Part shown: positions 1 to 14,138 of the stretch, in pieces
Numbering within the stretch: position 1 is the stretch's first letter
Layout of the letters: every line of letters starts with the position of its first letter
Assembly: GCA_013265495.1 (NCBI GenBank)
Contig: MU057999.1
Coordinates: 248,001-312,000, forward strand
Direction: 5' to 3'
DNA: 64,000 nucleotides
Source: Vicugna vicugna
Lineage: Eukaryota
Made by a program: the position numbers and the translations under genes
Notes under the pieces: model-generated
The model's input: only the letters and a program-made list of their open reading frames with translations
Told to the model about the DNA's origin: nothing
Database searches by the model: none

Positions 1-498
1 ACGTAAGCGAGTATCAACAGTTCACCCCTTTTCATTGTTGAATTGTATGACTACAGCAGTTTATCCATTTACCTGTTGACGGACATTTGGATTATTTCCA
101 GGTTTAACTACTAAAAGTAAGGCTGCTATGAACATTTATGTACAAGTAAGTACTGGTAAGGACATATACTTTCATTTATCTAGGAGCAAAACAACTGGAT
201 GCAGAATATACAATTTAACTTTTTAAGAAACTGCCAAACTGTTTTCTGAAGTGAATGTACCATACTGCATTCCCATCAACAGTGTAAGAGAGCTAGTTCC
301 TCCAAAACCTTGCAAACACTCCAGCCTACAATTTTAGCCATAGTAACGGGTGTGCAATGGTATTTCATTGTGGTTTTAGCTTGCCATTTTCTTAATGACT
401 AATTATGTTGATCATATTTTCATGTCCTTATTTGCCATCTATATGTCTTCACTGGTGAAGTACTCTGCCCATTTTAATATTGGGTTGCTTTTTAATCA

Positions 499-903
499 CA
501 GGTTTCTGCTGCTATCTGAAAGTATTCTTATGAAACATTTTGGAGACTGAAATGGCATAAAGCAAAGCAGCAATCTTGCTAACACGTGCACAATATCAAG
601 ATAAACCACAGATGCTTACGGATACAGTTCAAAGCTCCGACAGCTTGATTCTGAGATGCTGAGTGTAGTGAGTGTCCAAGAAAGGAATTTGGTAGAGTCA
701 TCCTCTCTGCTCAAGGTGTGAGAAACCTCTATAAATGGCTACTGCAAAACAAACACTTGAATGTTTTTCACTTTTCACTTTTTTTTTGTAAAACCAAAAA
801 TCCTCATTGGATTTCTTCTGGTTAGTGAAAACAGGTACTAACAGAGGTCTTTCACAAAAGCAAAGTGGCATAAAGTGAACTTCTGAAAAGTGGGAAATAA
901 CTG
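499..903. mobile_element. Tc1/mariner Tigger-type MITE (MER82-like) nested in the L1
   Basis: Imperfect terminal inverted repeats caggtttctgctgctatctgaaagt ... acttctgaaaagtgggaaataactg, followed by TA at 904-905; L1 sequence resumes on both sides. Confidence 0.65.
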
Positions 904-2715
904 TACTGACTTTTTAGAGTTCTCTAAATATTCTGCAGGTCATGTCCTTGATCAGATACATGATTTGCAAATATATACTCTGAGTGTGACTTGTCTTCTC
1001 ATTCTCTTCATACTATTTCAAAGAGTACAAGTTTTAAATTTTGATAACGTCTAACTCGTTCTTTTTCACATCTTGATTTGATGTCTTACCTAAGACATCT
1101 TTGCTTAATGCAAAGCTCCAAGGATTTTCTTCTACTGTTCTCTTCTGTTAAGTTTCACAGTTTTAGGTTGTGCATTTAGATCTGTGATCTGAGTTAATTT
1201 CTGTATATGGAGCAAGGTATGAATCAAAGTTCATTTTTTGTAGCTGGATATCCAATTGCTCAAGGACCATTTGTCTAAAGGGTAATCCTTTCATCACTGA
1301 CTTGCCTTTACATTTTTGTTGCAAATTAGTGGTCCATACCTATGTGGGTTAAGTTTTAGATGCTCTATTCTATTCCACTAATCTATCCATAATGCCAACA
1401 CTACACTGTCTTGATTACTGTAATTTGAAATCAGACCTCCAAGTTTCTTTTTTCAAAGCTGTTTTGGCTATTCTATGCCTTTGCACTTCTGTATCAATTG
1501 TATCAATCTGTGAACTTCTACCAAAAAATTAAAAGTCTGTAAAGATTTTATTTGGGAATATATTGAATCTATATGGATCAACTTGGAGAGGACCAGCATC
1601 TTAATACTGAGTTTTCTGATCAACAGACAAGGAATACCACTCCATTACGTAGGTCTTTAATTTCTCTCAACAATGTTTTAAAGCATTCATTATACAGGTC
1701 TTTCACATTTTTGTCATATTTATTCCTAAGAATTTCTTATTTTATGATGCTTTATGTTTTTTTTTAAACTTCAATTTCTGAATTATATTAGTATATATAG
1801 AAATACAACTGATTTTGTACATTGATCTTGTATCCTGTAATCTTTCTAACCATCTAACCTCACTAGTTAGTTCTAGTAGCTATTTTGTATATTACACTGG
1901 ATTTTCTTCATAGATAATCATGTCGTCTACAAATAGTTACTTTTTCCTATCCAATATTTTCGTGCCTTTTATTTCCTCTTCTTGCCTTAGTGCACTGGCT
2001 AGAACCTTGAGAACAATACTGATGAGAGTGGGTGTCCTTGTCTTGTAACTGGTACTAGGTAACAACAATTCAGCCTTTCAGCATTAAGTATGTTATTAGT
2101 TATAAGGCTTTTTTGTTGTTGTTGTTAGACTGAGGAAGTTCTTATCAGACTGAGGAAGTTCTTATCTATTCCTAGTCTGCTGGGAATTTTGGGGAATCAG
2201 AAATGAATTGTTTTTAATGGATTAAAATGGATTGTTTTTAATACTATTTCTGCATCCACTGAGATGATCACTTCGTTTTTCTTTTTTAGTATGTTAAAAG
2301 AGTAAATTGCACTGCTTGGATTTTCAAATGATAAAATAAGCTTGTATTTTTGGGATAAAGCCAATGTGGTCATAATATTATTTTTAAATGTATCTATGGA
2401 TTCTAAAGTTTTCTTTAGACTTCTTGTGTCTGTGATCATGAGGGATATGATCTGTAGTCTTTGTCTGTTGGTATTTCAAGGTAATGCTGACCTCGTAGAA
2501 TAAGAGAAAGTATTCTATCCTCCAGTTTCTGAGTTGTATATAATTTGGATTATTTCTTCCTTAAATGTTTGGAGGTATTCACCGGTGCTCTAGAGTTCAC
2601 TCTGGACCTAGAGTTTTCTTTTTGGGCAGGTTTTCAACTAAAAATTCATCAACATTTAAAAATAGATATAGAGCTATTAAATAGATATAGATTATCTACT
2701 TTTAAAAATAGATTC

Positions 2716-2871
2716 ATTTATTTTATTTTAAAATTTTATTTATTTTTGAAAGGGCAGGAGGTAATTAGATTGATTGATTGATTGATTGATTTTAATGGTG
2801 GTACTGGGAATTGAACCTAGGACCTCCTGCATGCTAAGTGTGCACTCTACTGCTGAGCTATATCCTGCCCC
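2716..2871 (-). mobile_element. tRNA-Ala-derived SINE (camelid Vic-1 type)
   Basis: Reverse complement gives ggggcaggatatagctcagcagtagagtgcacacttagcatgcaggaggtcctaggttcaattcccagtacc, then (AATC)n and an A-rich tail. Confidence 0.85.
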
Positions 2872-3861
2872 TGGAGAATCTACTTCTTGAGTGAGCTTTG
2901 AAAATTCTTGTTTTCCAAAAAATTTGTCTATGTCACCCACGTGTCTGAATTTATTTGGAGAAAGTTGATCAAAATATTCTCTTACTGCTTAATAGCTGTA
3001 AGAATCTGTTATGATACAATCTCTCTCAATCATTATACTGTTAATTTGCAACTTCTTTCTTTTTTCCTGATTAGTCTGGCAAAAGACTTACCATTAGATA
3101 TTCTCAGAATTAAGCATTGGTTTCACTGATTTTCTCTTATTTTCGGTTTCATATTTCACCGACTTCCATCTAATCTTTATTATTTCCTTCCATCTACTTA
3201 CTTGGGGTCTAATTTGCTCTTTTTCTAGTTTCTTAAGGTGAAAACTAAGATCACTAATTTGAGACTTTTCTTCTTTTCTAATATTGATGTTTGATAGTAT
3301 GTATGTCCCACTTCAGCAGCATCTCCCAAATTTTGAAATGTGTCATTTTCATTCAATTCTAAATACTTTGCGACTTCCCTTTGATTTCTTTGTCAATACA
3401 TGGGTTATCTGGAAGTGTATTATTTAAATATTTGAGGATTTTCCAGATTCCTATTTTTGATTTCTAAGTTAATTCCACTGTGTTCACAAAACCCTACTTT
3501 GTATAAACGAAATGTTTACATTTATTGACTTCATTGCCCAGAATATGGTCTACATTAGTAAATATTCCATATGCACCTGAAAATATGCATTCTGCTGTTG
3601 TTCAGTGAGTGTTCTATAATCGTTAATTAGATCAAGCTGGTTGGTACTGATATTCAAATCTATATCCTTACCGATTTTCTATTTTATCAATTACTGAGAA
3701 AGGGGCATTGAAATATGTTCAATTATCTTTTAGAAGAACTTAAGTAATAAGAAAAACCCCATGTATATTTGACCAGGCAGTTACCATTTCTGGTACTTGC
3801 TCCTTTGTACAGATCCGTATTTCCATCTAGTATTACTCATTACTAAAGGACTTCAACATTT

Positions 3862-3993
3862 CTTTTTGTTGTTGTTGTTGAGGGGAGGAGGAGAATTAGG
3901 TTTGTTTGCTTGCTTGAATGAAGGTACTGGGGACTGAACCCAGGACCTCATGCATGCTAAGCATGCCCTTTACCCTTGAGCTATACCTTCCCC
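3862..3993 (-). mobile_element. tRNA-Ala-derived SINE (Vic-1 type)
   Basis: Same tRNA-like head (cttagcatgcatgaggtcctgggttcagtccccagtacc) and cctaatt tail motif on the minus strand. Confidence 0.85.
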
Positions 3994-6900
3994 ACTCACC
4001 TTAACCTTCCTTATAGTGTGTGTCTGCTGGTGATGAATTCTTTCAGCTTTTGTATTTCTGGAAAAGTCTTTACTTCCTTTACTTCTCCTTCTATTTTGAA
4101 AGATATTTTCACTGAGTATAAAATTCTATGCAAGTTTTTTCTTACAATACTTTAAAGATATTGGTTTACTGTCTTCTTACATTGCTGCCCTCTACCTTCA
4201 CTTTGTCCCTTTAGGAACCCCAATTACACATAAATTCAGCAACCTGAAGTTGTCCCACAGGTTAATGAGCAATCCTTCTTTAAGAGCTTTCATGTCTTCT
4301 CTCTTCTATCTCTTGCTTTACTCCCGTATCAGACAAGAGGTATACCTCTTCCTGCGACAAACTATACCTTTCCCTGGGCTTATGAGCCCATTCGCCCATC
4401 ATGTCTTGGACCTCCAATAACCACATGTCCAATCTCCTTCTCCCCATTGTTCCCTGGCCTAAAAACCAAACTAAACAAACCGAATAAAATAAAACGCAAA
4501 ACAACACAATAAAACCTCTCTTGAGCATGCCATCCCATCAAGCTATGACCCTAACCCTCCTCTTCACAGCTGAACTTCTTCAAAGTGTAATCTACTTATT
4601 GCCCCCACTTTCTCACTTCCCAGAGCCCTTGACAAGTGCTTTATCTATCTCTAATGACTTACTAAACCTGCTTGTTCAAAAGCGTCCAATGATTTCCTCA
4701 TCCTTTCTGACCAATGCAGATATGTTTTATAGACTAGAATCTCCTTGAAACTATTTCCTTCCTTGGTTTCTAAGACACAGCATTCTCCAGATTCTCTTCT
4801 TACCTTTCTGTTTTATTTCATTGTTTATCTTTCCTTTCTCACTAACTAAAAATAAAAATTCCCTATATTCTTCCCTTGGCTTTCTTCTCTCTTTGTATTT
4901 ACTACGTCTGAGATCACTCCCTTGTTCATACAATCACCAGTTTTATGAACTTGATGCCCAGTTTCTAATATCTTGCTTCTGTGTCTTTCCAGAGTTCAAG
5001 ACCTACGTTCCACACATCAGCATCTTGAACTCCACGTGCCCCACATCAATCACGTTTCCCATCAAAACCAGATATTCTGCCTATTGTCCTCTATTGTGCT
5101 GTATCTTCGTAGTGACTTAGAATTTACTGCAACAGAAGAACTAAAGAGAAGTACAGATCAAAGTTGGAGCTGAAGTTTTCAGAATCATGGGCCCTGGGTA
5201 GAAAAGCAAAGTAGATGTGTATGCAACATATCTTACAGTTAAGAGGGAGACCTTGGGCCACAAAAGTCAATTAATAAATCATTTACTCATAAATAACAAC
5301 TGAAGTCAAGAGAACAAATGGGATCTCTGAAGTGAAGTCTGTGAGAGTGAGACAAGGAGAAATGTGAGGACTCAGTACGGAAACAGAGAGGAGAAGAGGA
5401 CAGTGTGAGGCCATTTGGGATGCTTTTACACAGTCAAGTACATAGCTCTCCAAGGATAAGATTAATAACGCTGGCTGTGAATGGCCTTCAAATAAATGAC
5501 CCAAAAGACACACCATACACATCAACTTCAATTTTGTAAATATGTAAAATATGGAACACCTGCTAAAGGAAAATAATTAAGGCAGAGTTCCCCACTGTCC
5601 ATTCTGGGAAAGATGACTTGTGCATGAAGATACAAGGCAGCAAGTGACAGGTATCATTAGGTAGACACAAAATTCTTGATAGGTGCCACTAAGTAGATAC
5701 AAGGTTCTCTGGGCATCCAAAGAAGATCTAATCAAATGTCATAAAAGCAGCTGGCATGTTTGGATCCAGCAGGAATTCCAGATTGGCTGAAATGTATATA
5801 AAGAAATGCACAGTAGAAAATATGAAGCTATAGAGGGGGGGGAAGGTTAAGGACCGGAAAACTCTGAAGACCAAGGGGAAGGATTTTGGAGCTTTCCCTA
5901 CCAATTCCTTTAATTAAGAGTTCACTTTGAAGATCAAAACAGCATGCAGGAATATTCTTAGGAGTAGAAGCCTGCGTTCACTCAATTTTCACTAACATTA
6001 ACTAACCAATTTTCATAAGTGTCCAAAACTGACACTATGCTGCACACATGGTACAGGCTTTATTAGTATATATCCCTTTCTAAATACTCAGTTTTTGAAG
6101 TTTTAATGTTCTATGAATTTTAATTTTTCAGTCACATATCTTCTAGGCCTTTCCAATAGCCACAGCTGAAATATGTATCTACAGAATTATGATACTTTAA
6201 AAAAGATCTACTATTTAAAATTTAAGATCCAATTAGTAAGTTCATACAAGTGACCTTTAAAGGGGTCCTCTGAACAATTCTTCAATGTAAATTATTAACC
6301 CTAAAATCTTAATAATCCTCCATATTTATCACCGTGGCAAATATTTTTTTATTCCAGCTAAACAAATGTACCCAGGTGCATAATGACTATATATAAAATG
6401 CACTGATTGCATCAGGTATCAAATTTAGTTCATGTTGCCAACTCAACTTCCAAAATCAGCCATCTTTAGATACAGAGTGTCATGCATGACTGAAAAGAGA
6501 CCTCTTCTGCTATGTATCTGTCCTAGGATCCATGATTTAAAAAGACAGAAGAGCCAGTATTGGAGCCCTACCTACCAGGCCATCACACATGTCTGCTATT
6601 TATGGTACTTCTGTCCACTGTACCAGATGCTCAGACATTGCTCCATCAGAACACTGGGGCCATTTGAAGGGAATATTAAATAGAATGATAAGGACAAGGT
6701 AGGAAAGGGAAGAAAAGAGATGTTCACATGATTTCTTGAGGAAAATATCTGTTCTTAAGGAGAGCCAAATAAAGAAAATACATCGAGGGTCACTACACTG
6801 TCACAAGACAGCAACTGGTCTCTCTGAAAAGATATTAACTTTTGCTAGAGTAAATCCATTTATTCCTCATCCCCAGGAAAGATTAGGTCTACTAAAATAA

Positions 6901-7200
6901 TACTATTTCATAAAACTAAACAATATGTTCTTTATGTTAATATTAAACTTTAAATCTTTATTTCCTAATGTCTGAATGATCTTTTCACTTCTCCAGCTTT
7001 TTCCTAATGTCTTTTTATCAATTCTTCTTAATGTCAATTCAATATTTAAATAAATCTAAGATTATTGATGTGTAATATCTGCAACCATAATGGAAACAAA
7101 ATAAATACTGGGAATCTAAGTATTATTCTAAAATTAATAATGAAGAAATGGTATAAAATAGAAAGTTTTCTGTCCCTTTAAAAATAATAAGCATTCTTAC

Positions 7201-7355
7201 GGGGGAGGATACAGCTCAGTGGTAGAGTACACGCTTAGCATGCGCGAGGTCCTGGGTTCAATCCCCAATACCTCCTTTAAAATAAATAAATAAATAGAAA
7301 GATAGATAGATAAATAAATAAACCTAATACCCCCCCAAGACAAACAATAATAATA
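7201..7355 (+). mobile_element. tRNA-Ala-derived SINE (Vic-1 type)
   Basis: gggggaggatacagctcagtggtagag...cttagcatgcgcgaggtcctgggttcaatcccc; (AAAT)n/(AGAT)n tail; flanked by aataataagc(a/t)ttct repeats. Confidence 0.9.
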
Positions 7356-9626
7356 ATAATAAGCTTTCTCTGAAAACTATTGCTCTTTGATACCACAGTA
7401 GCTCAGAAGACTACTCTTCATGGGCATATGATAAGTGTGAGCTTCTTCTGCTCAAGTGTGTTCAGAGTTGTGGCAGTGACTTTCCATGGCACTGGGCAAA
7501 CACAAATATTAAGAAATTCTACTGCAAACAGAATATCTGTATAACTTTACAGAGTTCCCTCCTCTTTCTAGAGATAAACTCCAATGTTCACAAAAGAAAT
7601 AATGTCAAGGAACACATTTTCATATTCTCTGCACCCTAACAACTGTCCAAATACCTAAAGGATCTCTTCACTGCCACAAACCACACTGATAAGATTAGCC
7701 CGGAAATTATTTGCTTGGCTTTTTTCCCCAAGAAAATGCTTTTTAAACACAATGTAATACTATAAAGGCAAGAAAACCACCAAGAAAGAAACTCTTAATT
7801 ATACATTCCTGATTGCATTTAGTCTCTTAAGAGAAGATAAGTCTCGAGAGCATAATTATGTTAGCTACTATAATCAACTAAATAATTCAAAGAAGATATA
7901 AATCAAGAAATCTATTTCCAAACAAAAGAAAAGTCACCAAAAAAATCTATGGCAGTACCACATCTGATGAAAACAGAGTAAGAACAGTATCCAGATAGTC
8001 TTAAGAATGCCCATAATGACGTCATCTCTTAGAATAATATTAGAGATTTATAACTAGTCAAATCTAGTTGTGCGTATTTCCTAAGTTCAACAGTTAAAAG
8101 CTGATATTAACATTAAGAATCTTGACATAGTGAAATATTGAATCCTTCCAGTAAGAACTGAAAACACAACCCAGAGAAGCAAGTATTATTTTTAACATGG
8201 AAAACATTAATATATTTCTAAACAAATCAAGTAGAATTTTTAACTATAAAGAAATGCCAAAAGGACTTTGAAAGGACAGAGAAAATGTCCCTTCCAAGGC
8301 AGTTAATGTTGCTACATTAACAGCTAAAATACGAATTTTACACGTGTAGATATTCTGGTGGGAGTGGGATTACATTACTTATTTTGCATTTGACTCTGAA
8401 TGAAGTTTTATAGTCCAAAAGTAGATTATTAAATGTAGCTTTTTAAACCCCCAATTTTATCTATATAGGAAAAGTTGGTACAGAGCATGATTATGTGTAC
8501 ATATTTTCAATACAGATGTTTAAAAGCAACTTTAACACGTGTGCTTTAATATAAGAATTCAAAAAAATATTCAATCCCACAAAACTGAAAGGCAGGATTT
8601 TTACACTAATAGTCACAGTCATAGGAACAGTGTTCCCATTCCTTTCAATCTAAATTATCCAAGGCAAAAGATATCTAGGAGAAAATATATTTTTTTTAAG
8701 GAAATGAATTTATAAGAATCTTCTAAAGAAGAGAAATATGAACATTTAGGAGCTGACCATGTTAAATGTAAATCAATGGGTATTCTCACCAACATGTTCT
8801 AAGTACAGCTCAGAAGAACTTGGGTCACACAGACATTTCAAATAAGTTTATGCCAAGACATGCTAAAACTAATTATAATTTTAAAGTATTTCTTCTGTTA
8901 AGTTGCTTACCGTTAAGTTTGTGGTGATTTTTAAACATAAAGCTGTCAAGTATCAAACAGCAATAACGTATTTGGTGTGACTGTAGCCTGATGGGCAGCA
9001 GATTCTTACATAAAATATGTGAACTCTCAGAAAATTTGTAAACTATCATAACCATAAAAATAACTAATTCTAAGTACAACTTTGAAATATTTGCTTAACT
9101 AAGCCACGTATCCTTTACATGGACTTTACCAGCTCATACAGGGCAGTGCACCCAGCTGAAGAGATGCAGATCACACTGCTTAGAGATGTGTTATTAACTA
9201 AGGTCCCATTGGCTAAAATGTATCATCTAATTTTTACTCTGGAGTTCCTGTGAAATATGCAATCATAAATGTTATAAAGAGTAACTCCTATTACTACTTT
9301 AAAAATGCAATGGAATACTTACACAGATAAATACATTAAATTAAGCAATGCATATTTTGGGGGCTTCCACTGCACAAGCAAACAGCACTGCTGGCTACCT
9401 TGCATACTCCTCTGAAATATTAGCTATCAGTGTTCCCTTTTCTTAGCAAACAAACAGTCTCCAATCTCCTGAAGTTACATGACATGCTTACAGATTCTAT
9501 TTCCTGCCTGTTAGATGAGTTTTGGGTTCACCACAATTGCCACCTCATTTCTAAGGCAACTATGCTGTATTTCAATGAGTAATAAAAACATAAAATTTTT
9601 TAATCAACCATTGAAAAGGATATTAA

Positions 9627-9809
9627 TAGATAAACGAGATTACACTGTATAGCACAGGGAAATATACACAAAATGTTATGATAACTCACAGAGAAAAAAT
9701 GTGACAATGAGTGTGTATATGTCCATGAATGACTGAAAAATTGTGCTGAACACTGGAATTTGACACAACATTGTAAAGTGATTATAAATCAATAAAAAAT
9801 GTTAAAAAA
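9627..9809 (+). mobile_element. Young 5'-truncated L1 3' end with perfect 14-bp TSD
   Basis: TSD GAAAAGGATATTAA at 9613-9626 and 9810-9823; AATAAA and A tail; nearly identical to 36057-36244. Confidence 0.9.
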
Positions 9810-10989
9810 GAAAAGGATATTAACATCTCAAAGAGTTGAATGAATTAATCTTTCAAATCAATTATGGAATGAGATTTTTCAAAAAAAAAAAGTGAGAAAA
9901 GTCTCTCTTACTTTCCTGCATTCAAAAATGTTCAGATGCAGGCTTTTCTAAAGGGATGGATTAGAAAACCATACAGCTGTAATTCAACATAGTTCTAAAA
10001 CAAAGTTAAATTCATTTTTTTCCCCATGAAAAGAACTGTGCTTTAAGGCAGAAACTGGCAAGGGATTGCAGCTATAACTCCGAACCTCTGAATAAAGACC
10101 TGGCAACCCTAAGAACAAGCACCTTATCAGAGAGCACAACCATCCTTGCTGCCATTCAGGGCAGCAGCTGTGTGCTGGCCTAAATCAAATCCGCTTCCCT
10201 TTTTTACATCATTTGGGAAAAACAAATATCAAAACCAGAAAAGCAACCCCTCCTTTCCCCCAAAGAAGTCCATGTTCTCTTTGGACAACTGAGAGAACTG
10301 TGTGAGCTGCTTTGCATGTTTGTATTGCTTTACTTGGAATTTTAACTTCTTCACACTAATGTTAGAAAGAGAAGTTTTATTTTGCTATCACGGCTCTGAA
10401 AGAACAGGCTAGGCCAAGCTCCCCACTGTTATATAAGCTAGGCCCTCGGGGTTCTGAATCTAAGAGACAAGATGCATTTCTCCCACCTCCACCCATTCTC
10501 CAACGTGCCCCACGCCTCTGGCTAGGAAAGACCCTGATGACATGAGGCCAGTTTCCACCCACTAGTAACCTCTGCAGCAGCTCTGTGAAGCAGACAACAT
10601 CTTTCTCACCATCACTCATATTTACTCTGCCCATCTGTCAAGTGTCAGGTAAGTTGTTTTCTTTTTTTTCAGAGTAGTTGATTTTAAATTAAGTTAAAAC
10701 AAAGTATTATGAAGAGATGCAAAATAAAAAACCTTAATTTACAGGGAAAAAATTTTAAAACCTATATATGTAAATTGGTCATTCACATCATGTTTTATCA
10801 AGACATTTGATGTGTAGAAAAGCACAATATAACAAACAGCTAACCTAGCTTCTGAAAAAGAAAAAAAAATTAGAAGATCATAATAACAAGAAATGGCTCC
10901 TCCCTTAACAAATCACTCTCATTTCAAGGATTTTGAATTAGAATATTAGTTTTTCAGAAAGGAAATTTTAGCTAATTTCAATTATTGAG

Positions 10990-11436
10990 TGTAGTGGATT
11001 GAATGGTGGCTCCAAAGATATGTCCACATTCTAACCCTCAAAACCTGTAAATATCACCTTATATGACAAAAGATGTGATTAAGTTAAGGCCCTCAAGGGT
11101 AGAAGTGTATCCTGGATAATGAGGTGAGTCCTAAGAGTAATCATACGTATCACTGTGAGAGAGCAGGGGGAAGTTTTGAGAAACAGACACATGGTGGATA
11201 AGCTGACACGAACATGGAGACAAGAGTTGCAGCCAGAAGCCAAGGAGTGCCAACAGCCACCAGAAGCTGGAAGATGCAAGAAAGGTTTCCCCCTTAGGGC
11301 CTCTGGAAGGAGCAAGGCCCTGCCTGCACCCTGATTTCAAACTGGGCCTCCAGTATTCAACTGTGAGAGACTAAACCCATTGTTTTACCAATAAGGTTGT
11401 AGCAATTTGTTACAGCAGCCACAGGACACTAGTACA
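10990..11436 (+). mobile_element. MaLR solo LTR (MLT1 family)
   Basis: Begins TGtagtggattgaatggtggctccaaagatatgtcc and ends ttgttacagcagccacaggacactagtaCA; 5-bp TSD TTGAG/CTGAG. Confidence 0.85.
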
Positions 11437-12313
11437 CTGAGGGAAAGTGTGTATTAAAAGAGTAATCCTTAAACCATACAAACTTAGAAGTAAAAGGGTA
11501 ACCCTATATTATAAATAGAATACATCAATGAGACACAACATACAATGATATAGTAACCCCATTTCTACAAATGAAACTTTAAAGCAAATTTCTCTATAAG
11601 ATTTTACATGTAACACTAATAGATATCATTTGAGTGAGACAAGGCGACTTTATAAGCAGAAGTTTTACCTAATCTCTAAATATTCAGGTACAATACTAAA
11701 GTGCAGTAAGCAAGAGACACGAAAATTAATTAATCTTCCAAATCAGACTGAAAAGTGACAGAAATTAAAAACAGTTATAAATGCCTACAAAAAACCCACA
11801 AATAAATGTGGCTTCTGAAACTATACATCACTAAGTATAAAGGATCCCACTATATGATCTGCTTGAATGGGCAAAACTGACATAAGGGAAGAGAGTGACG
11901 TGGGGAATTATAAATTGATCAGGCCATAATACTTGGAAGAGGTCACTTGGAAAAAAGAAAGCAATAACTTGGTCATTCTGGGACTTAAAAAAATAATCAA
12001 ATACTGTAACCTGTCTAACTTCAATATTATCACCTGAAAATGGAATAGTGTCTACCTACCTCATAGTGTTAACAGCCCTCTCACAGATTATTGTGAGGAC
12101 GAAATGCGATTACACACAGTGATGGCCCATGGTTTAGATCATAGTTTATCTCCATAAACTGGCTGACTGGGAACTAACTCTACTTGCTTTCTGAATTCCT
12201 TACTTTGGGGAACAGTTACTAGATTTTTTTAAAGAATAGAAGAGCATTTTTAAAACATTTGGAGCCTCTTCTTCATTTTCATTCTGTTCATTTCTGGGGG
12301 TCTCAGCACTTAC

Positions 12314-12473
12314 CACATCACTAGCACTGGAGAATTCATTATTAACCAGACTTTCGAGAGCCATCCACCGAACTGGTCTGTTTTCATTGTCCCCCAAACA
12401 ATGATAGTCCATGGGGAACAAGTCTCTGGAGAGGGCATTGTCTGTGATCTTAACTTGAAGTGTGTCATCAATG
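12314..12473 (-). CDS. RYK: RYK exon 13 (DNA motif in place of DFG; ALE in place of APE)
   Basis: Reads (V)IDDTLQVKITDNALSRDLFPMDYHCLGDNENRPVRWMALESLVNNEFSSASDV; 160 nt; tcag| and |gtaagt. Confidence 0.97.
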
Positions 12474-12628
12474 CTGAAAAGTAAAGACAGTGAACATCAA
12501 ATGCAATCAGAATACTTAAAAATATGGACCACAGTCACTCAAATACAACACAATTCCCACGGTGATTCCAGGAGAGAACCCCACATCCAGGGGGCACTAA
12601 AACCAAACAACGAGCTCATGGCACCTAC

Positions 12629-12738
12629 ACACAGTTCCTAGCAGCCAGGTCTTTGTGGATGACTTCCCTTCTGGCCAGGTAGCTCATCCCACAGGCAATC
12701 TGAATAGCCATGTGTACCAGGTCTTGTTGAGAAATTGC
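12629..12738 (-). CDS. RYK: RYK exon 12 (catalytic loop HKDLAARN)
   Basis: Reads AISQQDLVHMAIQIACGMSYLARREVIHKDLAARNC; 110 nt; acag| and |gtagg. Confidence 0.97.
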
Positions 12739-14005
12739 CTGTGGTAACAGAAAATGACAATGTTTGCAGGCAGCACAAAAATGATGAGGGCAGTTGCTTA
12801 TTTTATTCCACAATCCTACTCCATCCAAAAATACTTCTTTACACCTACACACTGAGTTTTAAAAAGCTACTTCTTGACCAAGAGTATGTTCCCATAGCTC
12901 CCTGTATTTATGTCTGCCGTAGTCCTTATCATCCTGCAATATGTAATTTACCATTTACTGCACTGTCTCTCTCATCTGTTAGGTCTGTCTCCCCAGCAAC
13001 CAGCACAGACAGTAGCTGCTCAATAAGTTATCTGTTCAGTGAATGAATTGTCAAGGTCATATTTAATAATGCTTATTATTATTTTACAATAGGTTTTTAG
13101 TAGGAGGCAATCCTCTGGGGACCACTTTCAAACTAATGCAGGTCTACAGCTCTCCATAGTGACGGGCTCCTCCAGAGCCAGGGTGCCAGTGCTGCAGGCT
13201 GAGCAATGAAATCCCTCTCCAGGTGGTGCTGACGGGTCACAGCCTCCAACCACCTGCTGGAAAGCCTAGCTTTAATCTGTCAATTTACCGAGCATCTCAT
13301 AGCTATAAAGCCAAATATTCAATGCAGCTTTTGAATCTACTTTCTCCTGGCTACTCTAATAAGTACATTATTACAAATCCTAAAACCAAATTAATGAGGC
13401 TACAAGGTACAGGAGGGAGCGAAACACCCACTAGACTTCACTACCACTACCTTCATAATGTGTCTGGAATCCAACAAATGCCTCACAGCTATGTGCATGA
13501 GTAGTAAAGAGAAAGAAACTCTTAGATGACTGATATCTTGCAAGCAAGCATATTAAAAATATCCCAAATTATCCCCCACAATCTATACTTCCAGTCATCA
13601 CCAGCTTTTTAGGGGGGTAGGGGGGTGTGGCAGGCATGTGTGCAGTATGGACCAAGTGGCTCTGTAAAGTCGATTTCCATTCCTAGAAGGGAGATTCAGC
13701 ACCAGAGCCCGCAAAGAGTTATCAGAAAAATGACTGAGACGGTGTTACAGAAGGTTTGAGGTGATTATGAATAAATACACAACGGTTATACAGGGAAAAA
13801 CTTCAGCATCAGCAAAGTGTAAGCCTCAAGACAGGAATCACAAACCATCTTCTTCTAAGTCAACAGGTTCTACATATCTTCTGGTTCATTCTGAGTTTTG
13901 TTTTGCAGGCCTTCAGACACTTTATATACAAAAATGTTAACATCTACTTTCAGAAATATTAGAAGCTACTGGTAAATAACTGGTGCTCAGGCAAAGTTTT
14001 CTCAC

Positions 14006-14138
14006 CTGCGGATTATTGGCCTCCACTAATTTGCACTGCCGTAAAAACAATTTAAGATTCCCCCAATTCATGTAAGGCAGTATCACCATGGGTTTTTCTC
14101 CTTCTTCTATACACACATGGGTAATGGGAAGAAGATTT
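14006..14138 (-). CDS. RYK: RYK exon 11
   Basis: Reads (R)NLLPITHVCIEEGEKPMVILPYMNWGNLKLFLRQCKLVEANNPQ; 133 nt; acag| and |gtgag. Confidence 0.97.

Larger units (their letters stand above)
1..3720 (-). mobile_element. Old, degraded LINE-1 (L1M-type) ORF2 region, interrupted by younger insertions
   Basis: T-rich sequence with recognisable antisense L1 ORF2 motifs (gacatttggattatttccag; tggtatttcattgtggtttt; ggatatccaattgctcaaggaccatttg); boundaries approximate. Confidence 0.8.

Noticed and set aside
7201..7275. Apparent tRNA-Ala(AGC) genes here and at 29580-29655
   Set aside because: Extra 5' bases, stem mismatches, shared SINE tail, A-rich end and TSDs mark them as SINE copies
1..12313. RYK exon 14 (WAFGVTLWELMTLGQTPY...)
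   Set aside because: Not found on the minus strand; presumably lies beyond position 1
12581..12599. CTCF-like CCACATCCAGGGGGCACTA in intron 12
   Set aside because: Mismatch at a high-information core position and no upstream motif
12200..12852. ORFs 12200..12421 and 12625..12852 as standalone genes
   Set aside because: They are RYK exons 13 and 12 plus flanking intron; the splice sites explain where similarity ends
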